NCBI RefSeq assembly: GCF_036321535.1
Contig: NC_087437.1
Coordinates: 51,214,001 to 51,278,000 of the forward strand
DNA from: Camelus dromedarius
Taxonomy: Eukaryota
Length of the DNA stretch: 64,000 nt
Reading direction: 5' to 3'
The notes under the pieces were generated by a model that ran no database searches, was not told the DNA's origin, and saw nothing but the letters and a program-made list of their open reading frames with translations. Shown here piece by piece: positions 1-11,930 of the stretch (positions are counted from its first letter, which is position 1; every line of letters starts with the position of its first letter). The position numbers and the translations under genes are program-made.

Positions 1-98
1 GAAAGGGTCCTCCAGGAGGAAGCGGCGGCCAAACACGAGGGCCCCAATGACTCTGGCAGTGGACCTGACAATGGGTACCTGAGGGTCGAAGGGTCTAC
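1..98 (-). CDS. CYP2AB1: CYP2AB1 exon 4 (partial): (G)RPFDPQVPIVRSTARVIGALVFGRRFLLEDPF
   Basis: CAG acceptor at 101-99; PFDP and VFGRRF motifs typical of CYP2 exon 4. Confidence 0.9.
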
Positions 99-688
99 CT
101 GAGAGCAGAGGGGAAGGGCCCAGGGTGAGGAGGCAAAAAGAGCACTGCCCTGAGCGTTAATGCAATCTGTATACAGTCGTTCATTGCCTTATCCATTCAT
201 ACTCAGTCCTCATTCATTCACTCAACAAATGCTTACTGGGCACCTTCTATGAGCCAGGCTCAGTGACAGGCACTGGGTTTGCAGGGAGGGTGTGGAAGAC
301 AGACACCATTTAAACATATTAGAATGTGGAGCAGGTATGTCCCAACTGAGAACAAAGGCTGGAGGGAACAGCTGTCCCTGGGATAATTCAGGGAGGGCTT
401 CTTAGGCAGATGATGTCAACCAGGTCTGAAAGGAGCAGTGGTTTCTCATAGGGAGGGAAGGAGTGTGGATTAGGATATTCTGGAGGGGGAACAGCACATG
501 CAAAGTTTTAGAGGGGTCAAAGGCCTGAGATGTTGAGGAAAGACGTTTCCCCACGTGTAGAGAAGGGCTTCAGGCTTCCCAGCAGACTGGATGTTCCTAT
601 GACCGTGTCTGTCCGCCTTATGGAAAGTCCCTATTTGTTGATGTAGCTCATAAATCCCCTACTGGACCCTCAAAGGGTCCACCTCTTT

Positions 689-748
<60 letters not shown>

Positions 749-3019
749 CAAGGCTCAGCCTCCTTGCAGGGATGTTCATGTGTGTGTTGTAGGGGGATTA
801 GGGTAGCCCGCCCTAGCCTGCTCCTTACCCTGCTCCCGGTGGAAGGCCTCAGCCAGCTCCGCTGCCTCTTCCTGCAGCTGCAGCTCCAGCGCCCGCTTGC
901 CTAGGCCCAGCCCCCGAAGCGTCGCCAGGCAGAAGCGTCTCTGCTGCCACCACATGTGCCCATTGCTGCAGATGACTCCTGGGCCCAGACTGGGGGACAG
1001 TCAGGAGGCCCTCCCAACCTCCCAGGCCAAGGCCACCTGGCTCTCACCTAGGCCGGGCGGGTAGACCCCAGGACAGCTTCCCAATCAGCTGGGGCTGGTA
1101 CTCTGACTCCGGCGAAGGGCATTTGGGAATTGTGGGGTCCACGCACCTGGTGCCCTCAAGGTGGCTTCAGCTATGGCCTCCTCCCAGGCCGCCGAGCTGA
1201 TTTTGCCTTTGAGTCCCCACAAGAAATGGAGGAGGAGATAAAGAACGGATGGGAAGACGGAGCCTGGGGGGAGGATGGGAGGGGAGGGCATTTGCTGAGC
1301 CAGGTGCTGTACCGGGCACTCTCAGGTACTGGGGTCCCTTAATCTCTTCCACGGCCCTGGGAGGAGAATAGTCACTGTCGCCATCTAGCAGATGAGTACA
1401 CCGAGGGATGGAGCGTGAGACTGACTGGCCTGGTCACAGAGCTGGCAGGGAGCGGCTGAGACTTGACCTCGGGTCTTTCTGACCCCAGAGCTGGTTCCTC
1501 CCCGTGCCTTCACCTCACACAGAGGTGCTAGAGGAGACCCAAGTCCTCCTGGCAGCTTCCTCCCTGTTGACACTTCTGGGCCACCCTGGGCTCGATCCCC
1601 CAAGTGCAGTCACCCCCCAGTAGGGAGGGCAGCCTTGCCTCTTTCTCCAATCAGGTCCTGGAAGATGGGGGTGAGGGGCCGGCCGGAGAACTGCTCCGAG
1701 TTGGAGACCAGGGCTTCCTTCACCGCCCGAAAGCCGCTCAGCACCACCACGGGTGTCGGGCCCACCCACACGGTGAACACGCTGCCGTGAGCCTGGGCCA
1801 GCTGCCGAGAGACAGGGACCCAGCGCTGTAGAGAAAGCACAGCTGGCCCCGTTCCCCGGGGCCTTCGCCTTGGCATGAGTCCCCACCTTCTTCGGGCACC
1901 CAGTCCTCACCTCAGGTGTGCCTTCTCAGAGCACCCGCCACCCCATTCCCCATACCAGCCAAACCCCGGGTTCCCACGGTCAGCACTGGTGCCAGCTGGG
2001 GTTGCAGGCTCCCTGTGCACTTTGGTTAGTCAGGTCAGGGCCCAGCACTTACACCCGGAACATCCGGTTTGGACCCCAGCGATCCTGGGAGGTGGGTTTG
2101 CTCTACCCATTTTACAGATGATATTAAATTATAACTACACTTTCTTCAGGGCTCCGTGTCCAGTGTGGCCTTTACACTAGTGCTCCCTCACTAACGTGCT
2201 TTTCCTACTGCATGAGGAGCCTGGGGATCGCAGTCATGTAGTATCTTCAACCAGAATTTTTAAAAATACTTCGTCAACCTTGATGAGAGCTGAGTGTTGC
2301 CATGGGGAAGGGATTGTCTCCTGCTCTCTAGTTCTCAGAAGCCGTTCAGCTCTGACCTGGATTTCAAACCCCCTCAGTGCAACAGAAGCCCTCCCACTGG
2401 TGGGATCCACCAACCCTAGAAGGGGACTTAGTGCAGCAGTGTTACTTGAGTGTGCCCTGGGGTGTCCCGTTCTCCCCAGTTCCCATCCCAAGTGGCTTTT
2501 CAGAAAATTCCTTCCAGCCACAAACAGTGCCCTCCTGGAGCAAAGTCCTTTTAAAACAGTTTTCTCCCCTGTGTTACATTGGCAGCAGACTTCTGCCTTA
2601 GAATCCTGTTCGGTGAGCTTTGTGCAAAGTCTTTACATTCAATATTTGCTATCCCCCAACAAGCCTGCCTTTGACAGATGAGGAAAGCGAGACTTGAGGC
2701 CATAGAGGGAGTGGGTGGCCGGAGGAGGATTTACCCCCATGTGTATCTGACCACAGTTCCTTCCTTCTAGTGTCCCTGAACTAAGAGAGACGGAGGGTCC
2801 GTATGCCGGCTCCTCTGGAGGGCCTCCAACTCAGGACGGAGTCCCTACCTGGAGCAGTGTCTCTGGGTGCAGCTGAAAGCTTAGTTGCCACAGGTTTCCA
2901 AGGATGGGGAAGGGGAAGGGACCAGGAGGAAGGTGGCCCCTTTCCCAGTAGATGGTGCCAAGTTTCAGGAGCAGGAAGGAGATGGCCAGAAAAGCCAGCC
3001 CGCTGAGCAGGAAGAACAT
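1..3019 (-). CDS. CYP2AB1: Cytochrome P450 family 2, CYP2AB1-like; 5' part (exons 1-3 and partial exon 4), continues beyond the window start
   Basis: Exons 2849-3019, 1639-1801, 829-978 and <1-98 join in frame with no stop. N-terminal anchor, PPGP hinge and WxxxR helix C motif are present. Exon 2 (163 nt) and exon 3 (150 nt) have typical CYP2 sizes. Position just downstream of ABCC5 matches CYP2AB1 synteny. Confidence 0.88.
180..540 (+). mobile_element. L2 LINE fragment (approximate boundaries)
   Basis: cattcattcactcaacaaatgcttactgggcacc...ccaggc and downstream gagggggaacagcacatgcaaag resemble the L2 3' region. Confidence 0.55.
691..746. repeat. (AC)28 microsatellite in CYP2AB1 intron 3
   Basis: Perfect dinucleotide run read directly. 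Confidence 0.98.
829..978 (-). CDS. CYP2AB1: CYP2AB1 exon 3 (150 nt): (G)VICSNGHMWWQQRRFCLATLRGLGLGKRALELQLQEEAAELAEAFHREQ
   Basis: CAG acceptor at 981-979, GTAAGG donor at 828; WxxxR motif. Confidence 0.92.
1639..1801 (-). CDS. CYP2AB1: CYP2AB1 exon 2 (163 nt): LAQAHGSVFTVWVGPTPVVVLSGFRAVKEALVSNSEQFSGRPLTPIFQDLIGER
   Basis: CAG acceptor at 1804-1802; GC donor AG|GCAAGG at 1638; VKEAL and FSGRP CYP2 motifs. Confidence 0.9.
2849..3019 (-). CDS. CYP2AB1: CYP2AB1 exon 1 coding part (57 codons): MFFLLSGLAFLAISFLLLKLG...PPGPFPFPILGNLWQLSFQLHPETLLQ
   Basis: ATG at 3019-3017; signal anchor followed by PPGP..P..GN hinge; CAG|GTAGGG donor at 2848. Confidence 0.92.
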
Positions 3020-3130
3020 CTCGGGTCTGAGCCTCCCCTCACCCCTTGGCCTCCAGCCCCCGGGCTTCCAGTGCACTCCAGCCTCTCTCAGCCCTCTCTG
3101 GTGCCCTCCTGTCCCACCCCTGCCCACTGC

Positions 3131-3137
3131 TTTTATG
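3131..3137 (-). promoter_or_regulatory. Candidate TATA-like box (CATAAAA) of CYP2AB1
   Basis: CATAAAA on the minus strand about 112 nt upstream of the ATG; function inferred. Confidence 0.4.
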
Positions 3138-3624
3138 CCAGTGCTCCCAGGCAGCGTCGTGGAGGGAGGCAATCACAGGAGTCTTTTCACATCGGAGTAA
3201 ATCCATTTGGTCCCACCGGTCCCACCCAGGGCCACAGGGCTCCGGCCTGGGACATGTTGAGACACCTTCACTCCCACAGCAGCCTCACCTCTGGCCCATG
3301 GAGCTCAACCCCAGTCAGGGTCCTCTCAGCCTCTGCCAGGGAATTTCAGCCGACCACCTGGGTCAGCTCCGAGAAGGATGGGGGACAACCTTTAGCAGCA
3401 GCATTGTCTCCCCTCGGGGTATGATGAAAACTGGGCTCCTCTTTCCTGTTCTCCTCTGCCCGGGCACTGAGCAGCCTCTCTGGAGGCCTCACCAGCCTCC
3501 CCATCAACCCCATCCTGGTTCCAGCTTCTGGTCAGCTCGGCCTCTACACCTGCGAGGGGGCCCCCATGTTGGTCAGTAGTCAAGTAGCCTTTGCTTTTAT
3601 CTCAACTGTCCTGGAGCCAAACTG

Positions 3625-3810
3625 CTTGGTATCAATCCTAGTTTTCTCCTTATGAGATGAGGAGCTTGGGCAAGTTATTCAGCCTCCCTCTGCCTTGGTT
3701 CTTTTGTCTGTACAATGGAGATGATAACTGTAGCCACCACCTCACAGAGTTGTTGTATCAGGAGAGGCAGGAGATAAATGATACACTCGAATTAAGTAAA
3801 TTGAGGATAG
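3625..3810 (+). mobile_element. MIR SINE fragment
   Basis: ttgggcaagttattcagcctc...tctgtacaatggagatgataa...cctcacagagttgttg matches the MIR core. Confidence 0.65.
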
Positions 3811-3934
3811 TTTAATAAAGGGATTTACAAATGTGTGTGGGCAGGGGATTAGGGAAACCATGAGGCACAGTGCAGTGCTGGAGGGCAGCCACGGCAGGGA
3901 GCCCTGCCCACTTGAGGCTTAAAAAGGAGAGGGG

Positions 3935-4110
3935 GCATTGTTTAATGGCTGTGGAGTTTAAGTTCCGGAAAATGAAAAAGTTCTGGAGATGGATGGTGGT
4001 GACGGCTGCACGACAATGTGAATGCACTTAATGCCACTAAACTGTATACTCAGAAATGATTAACATGGTAAGCTTTATGTTGTGTATATTACGACAATTG
4101 AAAAAAAATC
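3935..4110 (+). mobile_element. Old L1M 3' end fragment
   Basis: aaaagttctggagatggatggtggtgacggctgcacgacaatgtgaatgcacttaatgccactaaactgta is a typical L1MB/MC 3' end, followed by an A tail. Confidence 0.75.
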
Positions 4111-4341
4111 AAAAGACAAGAGATGTCAACAGAGCCTGGAGCCCTACTTTGGTGGAGGCCCACCAGTGACTCTGTCATTGACAAGAGCTCTGGCCTCAGT
4201 AGTGGGATGCAGCTGGTTTACGTCAATCCTCTATGAAAGAAACACCCCATCCTCACTCAGCTCCACCCTCTGAGGTCTGTAATGTAATGTGTCTCCCATT
4301 GGTCAAGTCCTATTAGAAACTGGAAGGCAAGAAATCCCACA

Positions 4342-4665
4342 GAAAATGTAAAATGGTTCAGGTGCTTTGGAAACGATCTAGCAGCTCCTCAAATGGTTAC
4401 TCCTAGAGCTACCACACGACCCAGCTATGCCACTCCTAGGTGTACACCTGAGAGAAATGAAGACCTATGTTCACTCAGAAACATGCTCACAAGTGTTCAC
4501 AGCGGCATCAATCATAATGGCCAAAAAGAAACAACTCACGTGTCCGTCAACGGATGAATGGGTAAATAAAATGTGGTATAATCATACGGCAGACTACAAT
4601 TCAGCCATTAAAAAGTCATAAAAAGTACTGATACATGCTAGAACATGGATGAACCTGGAAAGCTT
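4342..4665 (+). mobile_element. Old L1M ORF2-end/3'UTR fragment
   Basis: gacccagctatgccactcctagg...gaaatgaagacctatgttcac...gaatgggtaaataaaatgtggtata...acatggatgaacc. Confidence 0.75.
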
Positions 4666-6541
4666 TGTGTTCACTGTCACCCCGATTTGTGCCCTAGCTC
4701 AGGACCCTCTTACTTCCCATCTTGCCTCTTGAAGTAGCCTCCAATGGGCCTCCATCTCCAGTCTCCCTCCCGCCCCCCCCCCCTTGCTGCCCTCATTGCA
4801 TCTTCCTGAGCAGGGTGCTTATGCCATCCATGCTGCTCAGGAACCTTCAGTACAAAGGTTCTCAGACTTCACTCTGCACATGGAAAACCCAACACTCACC
4901 TCCCCATCAACACAGCCAGTGCTTCCCCATCTCCACGCATTTGCCCATACAGTTCCCTCCGCTCAGAGGGCCTTCCCCCACGTCTCCACCTCTAGAAGTT
5001 CTATCTGTCTTCAAGGCCTATCTCACCTGGGTGTGACGACAAGGATGCTCTCCTCACAGGGTTGCTGGAAGGATGAGATGAGACGATGTTAAACGAAAGT
5101 GCATGTGGGTAACGTACATGCTGGTGCAAATACTGTTACTGCTGCAATTTCACAAAACTGCTGCATTCTGATTTTTATGAGCTGCCTTCCCTTCTCCAAC
5201 AAATCATGTTCCTTCTTCCTCAAACTGCTGCTTAGGAGACTGCACTTCTCTAAATGCTTCTCTAGTCAACCTCACCAGTCTAGCTGTTACCTCTAAACAC
5301 CGGCACTGTCTGCCACAGTGGTCCTTGCCTTGTTCTGGCTTGATTCCTTGGTTCTGTTAACCATGTTGGGTGTCTCCTCCATCCTTTCTGCAATATGGCA
5401 AAGTCCTCAGGGCAGATACCATGTCCTGAGTTGTCACTGAGCAACGTGGACTCACAGACAGAAGGACCTAATGGCCCCCAAGGCCAGTCCCATGGCACTT
5501 AATGTTCCTCTGTGTGAGCACACCAGCCTCCCCTGCATGAGAGCTGCTTCATGGTGGTCCTTCCACACACATCTAGACTTTTGTTTTACCACCTTCCATC
5601 CCCACTACAGTGCAGGGACCTTGGAATATCTCGCATGAAACTTAGTACACCATTCCAGACTTTTGTTTAATTCACATGGTTTTGGCAGTTTGGGCAGGTG
5701 AGGATGGCATTTTGAAAGTGGCAGGGGTGGGTGGTGCTAGTGGTCATAAGGGTTTTTGTAGAGGCTTTTGTACAGGTGCACATTGTTGGGCAGTGTCTGT
5801 GATGGTGACTCTGCTTTTGGAGATGGGTCTGTCAAACGTCTTGTGACCCAGTGACCACATTCCATTTGGGTCCACCTGTCATCTGGTATCTTGGCCAGGA
5901 ATGTTTCTCAGAACCTCCTCAAAATCAGATATAGCATTTGAAACCTTTTCTTTAAGACCCAGAAATTTATTATCCTAGTAGGAGACTAGGTCAACATTCC
6001 TAAGCATGACAAACTTCCTCCCCTTCGTCTGGTTCCTGAGGGTAGGATGTGGCTCCTGAACAGAGACACACCTGGCACACAGGGCCAGACTGAAGTCAGA
6101 TTCCAGGGATGGCGGTCCAGGACCAGGAATGGAGGCCCTAGAATGCTAGCCCCTGCCTCATCGCTTGGCCAAGGCCCTCATTGTTGGACTTGAGGTGTGG
6201 GCTCCCCAATAAAATGGTGGAGGTGGGCCACAAGGGTCCCATTTAGAAGGACATCCCCATGCAGAACTTGTCTGACCCTGTGGTAGCCCACCCTCAAGTT
6301 GTACCTTCATATGTGGTCTCCTTATGATCCCAGCCATCATCGCCACTCAGGCTATGGGGCTCCCTGTTTCTGCTTTTGCATTCTAGCCCAAGGGTGGATA
6401 GAACTCAGGCTCCATCTCCTGTTCCTTTAGGAACAACTCAAATCAACTAAAGATGTCTTGGTTGAGCATCTTCCCTGTGTGAAGTATTTGCCCATCAAAT
6501 TTCTAAACCAATCCTTTCTATAATACCATGAAGGGTGTTAC

Positions 6542-7140
6542 TGTAAGCAGATAAGGTAGTGGGTCCCCAGAGAAAGAAAATCAGGCAGGGCTTTCTTGAC
6601 ATAAGAGAAGCCTTTTTTTTCTTTTTTTCTTTTTTTGGCCTAAGCCATTTTGTGATCTAAGCCTGGCCACAATGCTTGTCGTGGAACAGGGCTCAGTAAT
6701 TAATGATCTTAAGAGAACAAAAGAATGCAAGAACAAATGACTATTATCAGGCAAGAGAAATAACAAGAGCAAAGATAATACATTAGTTGTAAAGACTTCC
6801 AGTTCGGTTTCAGTGGTAAAGATTAGCCTGAAGGGCTCAACCACCAGCTCTCCTGGAATCTAACGGATGCTGATGATGACCTTTTCTGACCCTCATAACT
6901 TCAATCAGCTAAAGCTTGGACTCCACCGACCGCCCAAACCCTTTCATAAATTGCATGAACCCTTAGCTTAAATCTTCCCCAATGTTGCTATTCTGGGAGA
7001 CACTGATTTGGGAAAGATCCCTGGTGTTCTCCCTACTTGCAGCAAGTAATGATAAATCCTTTCTTCTCCCCCCCTCTTTGGCTTGATTGTGTCTTTTGGC
7101 TCAACATCGACCAGGAGGCAAATGCAGTTTTTGGGTAACA
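6542..7140 (+). mobile_element. Solo LTR, ERV1 class (599 bp), possibly MER41-like
   Basis: Begins TG (6542) and ends CA (7140); flanked by the 4-bp TSD TTAC (6538-6541 and 7141-7144). Family assignment is from recollection only. Confidence 0.8.
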
Positions 7141-10100
7141 TTACTGCTTCTGCTTTACAGATGAAGGAGGCAAGGGTGAACTGATGTGCTCAGGAAAGTG
7201 GTAGGGCTACAATTCTAACCTAGATCGTCTCTCTCCAAGTTCAGTTTTCTCTTTCCACGGCTGCCTTCCAGCTAGGACAAGCCAACATACTCAAAAGGAA
7301 GTTTACTAAAGGCCAAGTGAAAACAGAAGTGAGACACCCTGAGCTGCTCATGCTTCCAGAGGTTCTGACACAGCTGTAGGGGCCTCCTTCACAGGCCCAG
7401 GCTGGTCCCAGCTCTGCCTCTGCAACCCATGTGATGCTGCACCCAGGAGGCCCTTCTTCAGTGCTGAAATGCCCTTTCCAATCCTCCCTTCTCTCCCCTC
7501 CCCCTTCAAGGGTACCCCCTTCAGGGCCCTTGGAGAAGGGAGCATATCACTGCCTCAGGCAGGAGCTAATTTCCATAATAGACTGCCCCCTGCAATGTGA
7601 TGGATCTCAGATAAAAGGCTGCCTTCTCCCACCTCTAGATCTACCTCAACCCTGGGCCTAAGCCATGTTCAGTGCCAGGAGGATGTTCCACCCCACACCC
7701 ACTCCAGCAAGTTTTGGGCTGTCTGTAGCCCCACCCCCATCTCTCCCCTACTCTAGGGGGGAAGAGACAAAAATAAGGAGGTACAGAGACCACTAGAGAT
7801 AAAAAAACTGAGGAGAGGTGAGGTAGAAGAGGTCCCCCAACTTATCTCCATGCACACGAATAAAGAGGGAGACTTATACTTCTCCAATTTGTGTTGAATT
7901 TACACAGTGTGCCCAGTGCCTCCTGGGAGTGAGTGGGAACAAATACAGGTGGCCTCTGGACAGTTGGGTGACAACCCCAAAGAACTGGAGCTATTTCTGG
8001 GGAAGGTTGGGAGACCCATGGATCCCTAACTGAAGGAGGGTCAGACTCTAAGATCATATCCAGGAAACCAGGGCAACGGCCAGCCCTGAAGGACATGCCC
8101 TGCTTTGCACATTTTATTATTAATTGTGCGTTCCTTCTTTCTCCAGTGTATCTCAGTTTGACTTCTCCCCATGAACACCCTACAGCCTCCGACTCTGTAA
8201 GTCCCCGGGCTTTGTAGGTAGAGAAATGATGATGTGATGTCTGACTGTTTGGAATGAAATCTTGGCATGAAGTATTCTGCTGAGTGTTCCCGCAGGGAGT
8301 TGCTTTCTTTCAACCTCAATTTGAAGAGGGGAAGCTGGGTAGCAAAAGACACTCCCACGCCATTGTGGTGCCCCGGGGGTAGGATCCCAGGGCTCAGGAG
8401 GAGGCTTGGTGTCTGAAGAATGTGGCAAAGGGCAGCTGACACCCTCCCCACACTCATGCACATGGGCACACCCGCACCCACTGCCTCCTGCCTTCCCAGA
8501 GCTCCGGGGGTAGCTGGATTATTCATCAAACCAGAACGATGTTTTCATTATACTCAGCGTATTCCTCTTATCTGAACAAGATTTATGGCAGCTTTGATTT
8601 AAAATATTAAATATATTTTAAATAATCCAAAGGAAAGATCCAAAATCTCATGGCGGATTAAGCTAGATGTACTTACAGTGCCTAAGCTTCCTGTCAGCCA
8701 GAATCAGAAGGGGGATGGAGCATGTTCCAGAATCCCCACTGAGAGGCAGAGAACTTTCCCGATACCAAATTCTGAAAGGAATTTGCTGTGTGGACTATTG
8801 TCTAGTAGACAAAGTTGTCAGCAGAGATTTTCTGGAAGAGGCAGCAGCAGCTTTCCTTCTGGGCCTGTTTTGGAGAGCGACTCTAGTACTGGCCGAGGAC
8901 AAAGTTTTGAAACCAGGAGTGGTTTCTCGGTGAATTCAAAATGGCTCCCCAAGGTGGGTGTGATTTACGGGCAGAACCCCATCACATCTGGGAACGGGTG
9001 GTATCATGTCACTTAGTCAAACATTGCTTTGCTTATCTAACATGAATGCCAGTGGTTGTATCACATGGTGTGTGGCTAGGGCCCAGCCCCTGCAATCTTG
9101 ACTAGTTGCTTGTTCCCAAAGGAAATAAACACCAAAGCTGCTCTAAGCAAAACACTTACACTGATTGCTTCAAGGCTTTGGCCATGCCTCTGTGAGGCAC
9201 TTGATGGGCTAGTCCAGGCAGTCTGGTGCTAGATGACACCTGTGGCTGTCTCAGGGAGGCCCAAGACCCAGAGGCCTTTATTGGCACCAGCCCTGTGCCC
9301 AAATCATTATATTAGACCTTTAGAGCTTACCACACTCAAGGTCAGAATGCATGACCTCAAGGTAGAGAACACCTCTGATAGGAGGAAAGCGTGTCTGTTC
9401 CACCTTGGCCAGAACTGGCCCAGGCACCTCCCCAGTGATGAGAGATCCCGGCTGCTCTCAGATGCCGGTTGGATGGAACAAGAGACAGACAATCATGGAG
9501 GAGGAGGGAGGGAGAGAAAAAGAGACAGATACAGAAAGCACATTATTTCAGTCTCCTTTTTCAGCTGTAAGCTCCATGTGTCTGGTTCTGGTCTCCAGTG
9601 TCCAGAAGAGTGAGTGCCTAGCACTTAATGGATGTTCAATGAATATTTTGGTGGGCAAGGAAAATCCAGAAAAGGCTAGAGTCCAGGTATTGGGAAGCTG
9701 GGAGGGAAGACATGGTTGGGGTCAGTAACACAGGAAGGAGAAATGAGTGCCTAAAATTCCTTGCGGGCTTGGAGGGAAGACCTCTCTCACAGGCCAATGG
9801 GGATGAGGTAGGGGAGGACCCCTGGTGGGCCAGTTGACACATTTTCTCTCATCAGTGGTCAGACTGAGTCAACCATCCACTAGATTCTTTGCCAAGGACA
9901 CTAAAGGTAGGTCAGAACAGTGTCCCTCAGCCCCTAGAACCAAGCGTCTTTGCTCCAACAACCACGTGCTCACAGGCCTCCCTGTCTGTCATTGGCCCCA
10001 GGTAGGTGATGGGGCTTCTATTCTGGAAGGTGGCCAGGTCATGGCTGTGGGAGACCAATTTCCAGCTGGCTTGTCTTCCTATACCAAGTCCACCTGAGGG

Positions 10101-10794
10101 GGTGGGACAGGAGCCCCAGGCCAGAGACAGCAGCAGGAGAGGGAGAAGATTCCAGGAAAAGAGGTGATCCGCAGCCTCCAGATACACACCATCTCCCTCG
10201 TGGGAGCTAGGAGGGATCGCCGGTTCTGGAGCTAAGTTTCAAATGAGGTTTCCGGGATCCAGGTTTTTCAGGGCATACTTGTTGATCCACATAAATCATA
10301 GAATTGGAACTGCAAGAAATCTTAGAGACCATCTGGTCCAGCATGTGCATTTAGTCCCGAAGCAACTGAAGCTGAGGTCATGAGATGAGAGAGAACCACT
10401 AAGAAGTCTGGAATCAAGTTGTCTCGGTTTGAATTCTACGTAATGTACACACACTGGATGCGTGACCTGAGAGGACTTAATCTTCACAGAACTGTTTCCT
10501 CATCAGAACAGGATGTTTAACAACACCTACCCAGTACAATCATTAAGAAAATTAAATAAGGCCATGTTGCAGGTGCTTGCACAATGCTTAGCACACAGGT
10601 GCTCAGATAATATGAGTATTCTCTTTTCTTGTTGAAGGTGACACCGCAGATAGGTTATAAAGCTCATTATGCTTAAAACCTTAATTAAAACACAATGAGT
10701 CAATACCTATTATAAATAGACATGAGGATTTTAGGAGACTAGTATTTTGTTTTTATACCTCTAGACAGGCTCCAACAGATCACTAATTACCTGC

Positions 10795-11228
10795 AGCAGA
10801 GATGGCTAGATGTTCACCAAAGCTGTTTTGTCTTCAAGGTAGTTCTCGCCTCCTGAGCACACAGCTAGACACCACCCAGCCTCCCTTGCAGCTAGCTGCA
10901 GCTGCATAAGTGAGTTCTAGCAAACAAAATTTAAGGGGAAGCAATCTATGCCATTTTTAGGCCTAGCCTACAAAAACTTCCTGTTCAACATTCCATGCTC
11001 TTTCTTCCCTAGCCTACTAGGCCTACACAGAGGATCTGGTTAAGGACCTCAAGCCTAGAGGTTGGCAGAGTGACCAGGGGGAGGAAGCCTGGGTTCTTGA
11101 GTGACTGCATGAGTGGAACCCTCACTCCACCCCTCCCAGCACCACACGTCTCTGTGACGGGAGTGGGGTCATCGTGTTAAGCTGCTGAAAGCTTGGTTTG
11201 TCACAGCAGTTAGCCTGCTCTGACTCTC
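10795..11228 (+). mobile_element. MaLR LTR (MLT1-type)
   Basis: cccagcctcccttgcagctag...gagttctagc...gtttgtcacagcagttagcc...ctgact is characteristic of MLT1. Confidence 0.65.
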
Positions 11229-11305
11229 TACTTGGACACAGGGAATTATGATCTGGTAGAGCACAAAACAGTGATGTGGAAATTGCCTTTAAAAATCAAA
11301 TTTAA

Positions 11306-11449
11306 GGGGGGAGGGCATAGCTCAGTGGTACAGCCAGTGTTTAGCATGCACAAGGTCCTGGGTTCAATCCCCAGTATGGCCATTAAAAGATAAATAAATA
11401 AATAAACCTAATCCCCCCACCTCCCACAAAACAGAAAAAAAGAAAAAAA
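11306..11449 (+). mobile_element. tRNA-derived SINE (camelid vic-1 type)
   Basis: GGGGAGGGCATAGCTCAGTGG A-box, GGTTCAATCC B-box, (TAAA)n and A tail. Confidence 0.85.
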
Positions 11450-11930
11450 ATGTAGTGGCTTAAAAAAAATTGATTTTGCTCAAGGGTTTGGGAATAGCTC
11501 AGTGGGCAGTTCATCCCTGATCTACGTGGCATCAGCTGGGATGTCTGGGGCTGGAGCTTTCACTTCCAAAATGGCTTCTTTACTCACATGTCTGATGTCT
11601 TGGTACTCCTTGGCCTCACTCTATCTCCATGCAGTACTGCATCCTCCAGGAACTCTCTCCACGTGCGTTGTAAATCTCCCATTATGCTGGAGTTGCACTG
11701 CTTACATGGTGGCTGGCTCCCAAGAGGCAGGAAGTGAGAGCTGCTAGGGCACAAAAGGGCTTTGTGCAGAACTGGCACAGAATCACCATACTCTGTTGGT
11801 TAAAGCAGTCACAGAGCCTGCTCAGATTCAAGGGGCTGCCTCTCGATGGGAGCGAGGCAAGGTCACACTGCAGGAAAGCACGTGAGTTGGGAGATGCTGC
11901 TACAGCTGTACTTGTAAAACACACTCTGCT
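11450..11930 (-). mobile_element. MaLR LTR (MLT1-type) fragment
   Basis: tagtggcttaaa...ggcatcagctggg...tccaaaatggcttc...gcagtcacag...cagattcaagggg matches antisense MLT1. Confidence 0.6.

Noticed and set aside
663..681. 8-bp hairpin tggaccct-caa-agggtcca
   Set aside because: Expected by chance in 64 kb
3020..3172. In-frame upstream extension of CYP2AB1
   Set aside because: Non-ATG start; the ATG at 3019 directly precedes the signal anchor as expected
2885..3579. 177-179 aa plus-strand ORFs over CYP2AB1 exon 1 and promoter
   Set aside because: Antisense shadow ORFs in GC-rich sequence with no protein-like features
7270..9200. Possible old LTR remnants between CYP2AB1 and ABCC5
   Set aside because: I could not establish ends, TSD or family by eye; needs RepeatMasker
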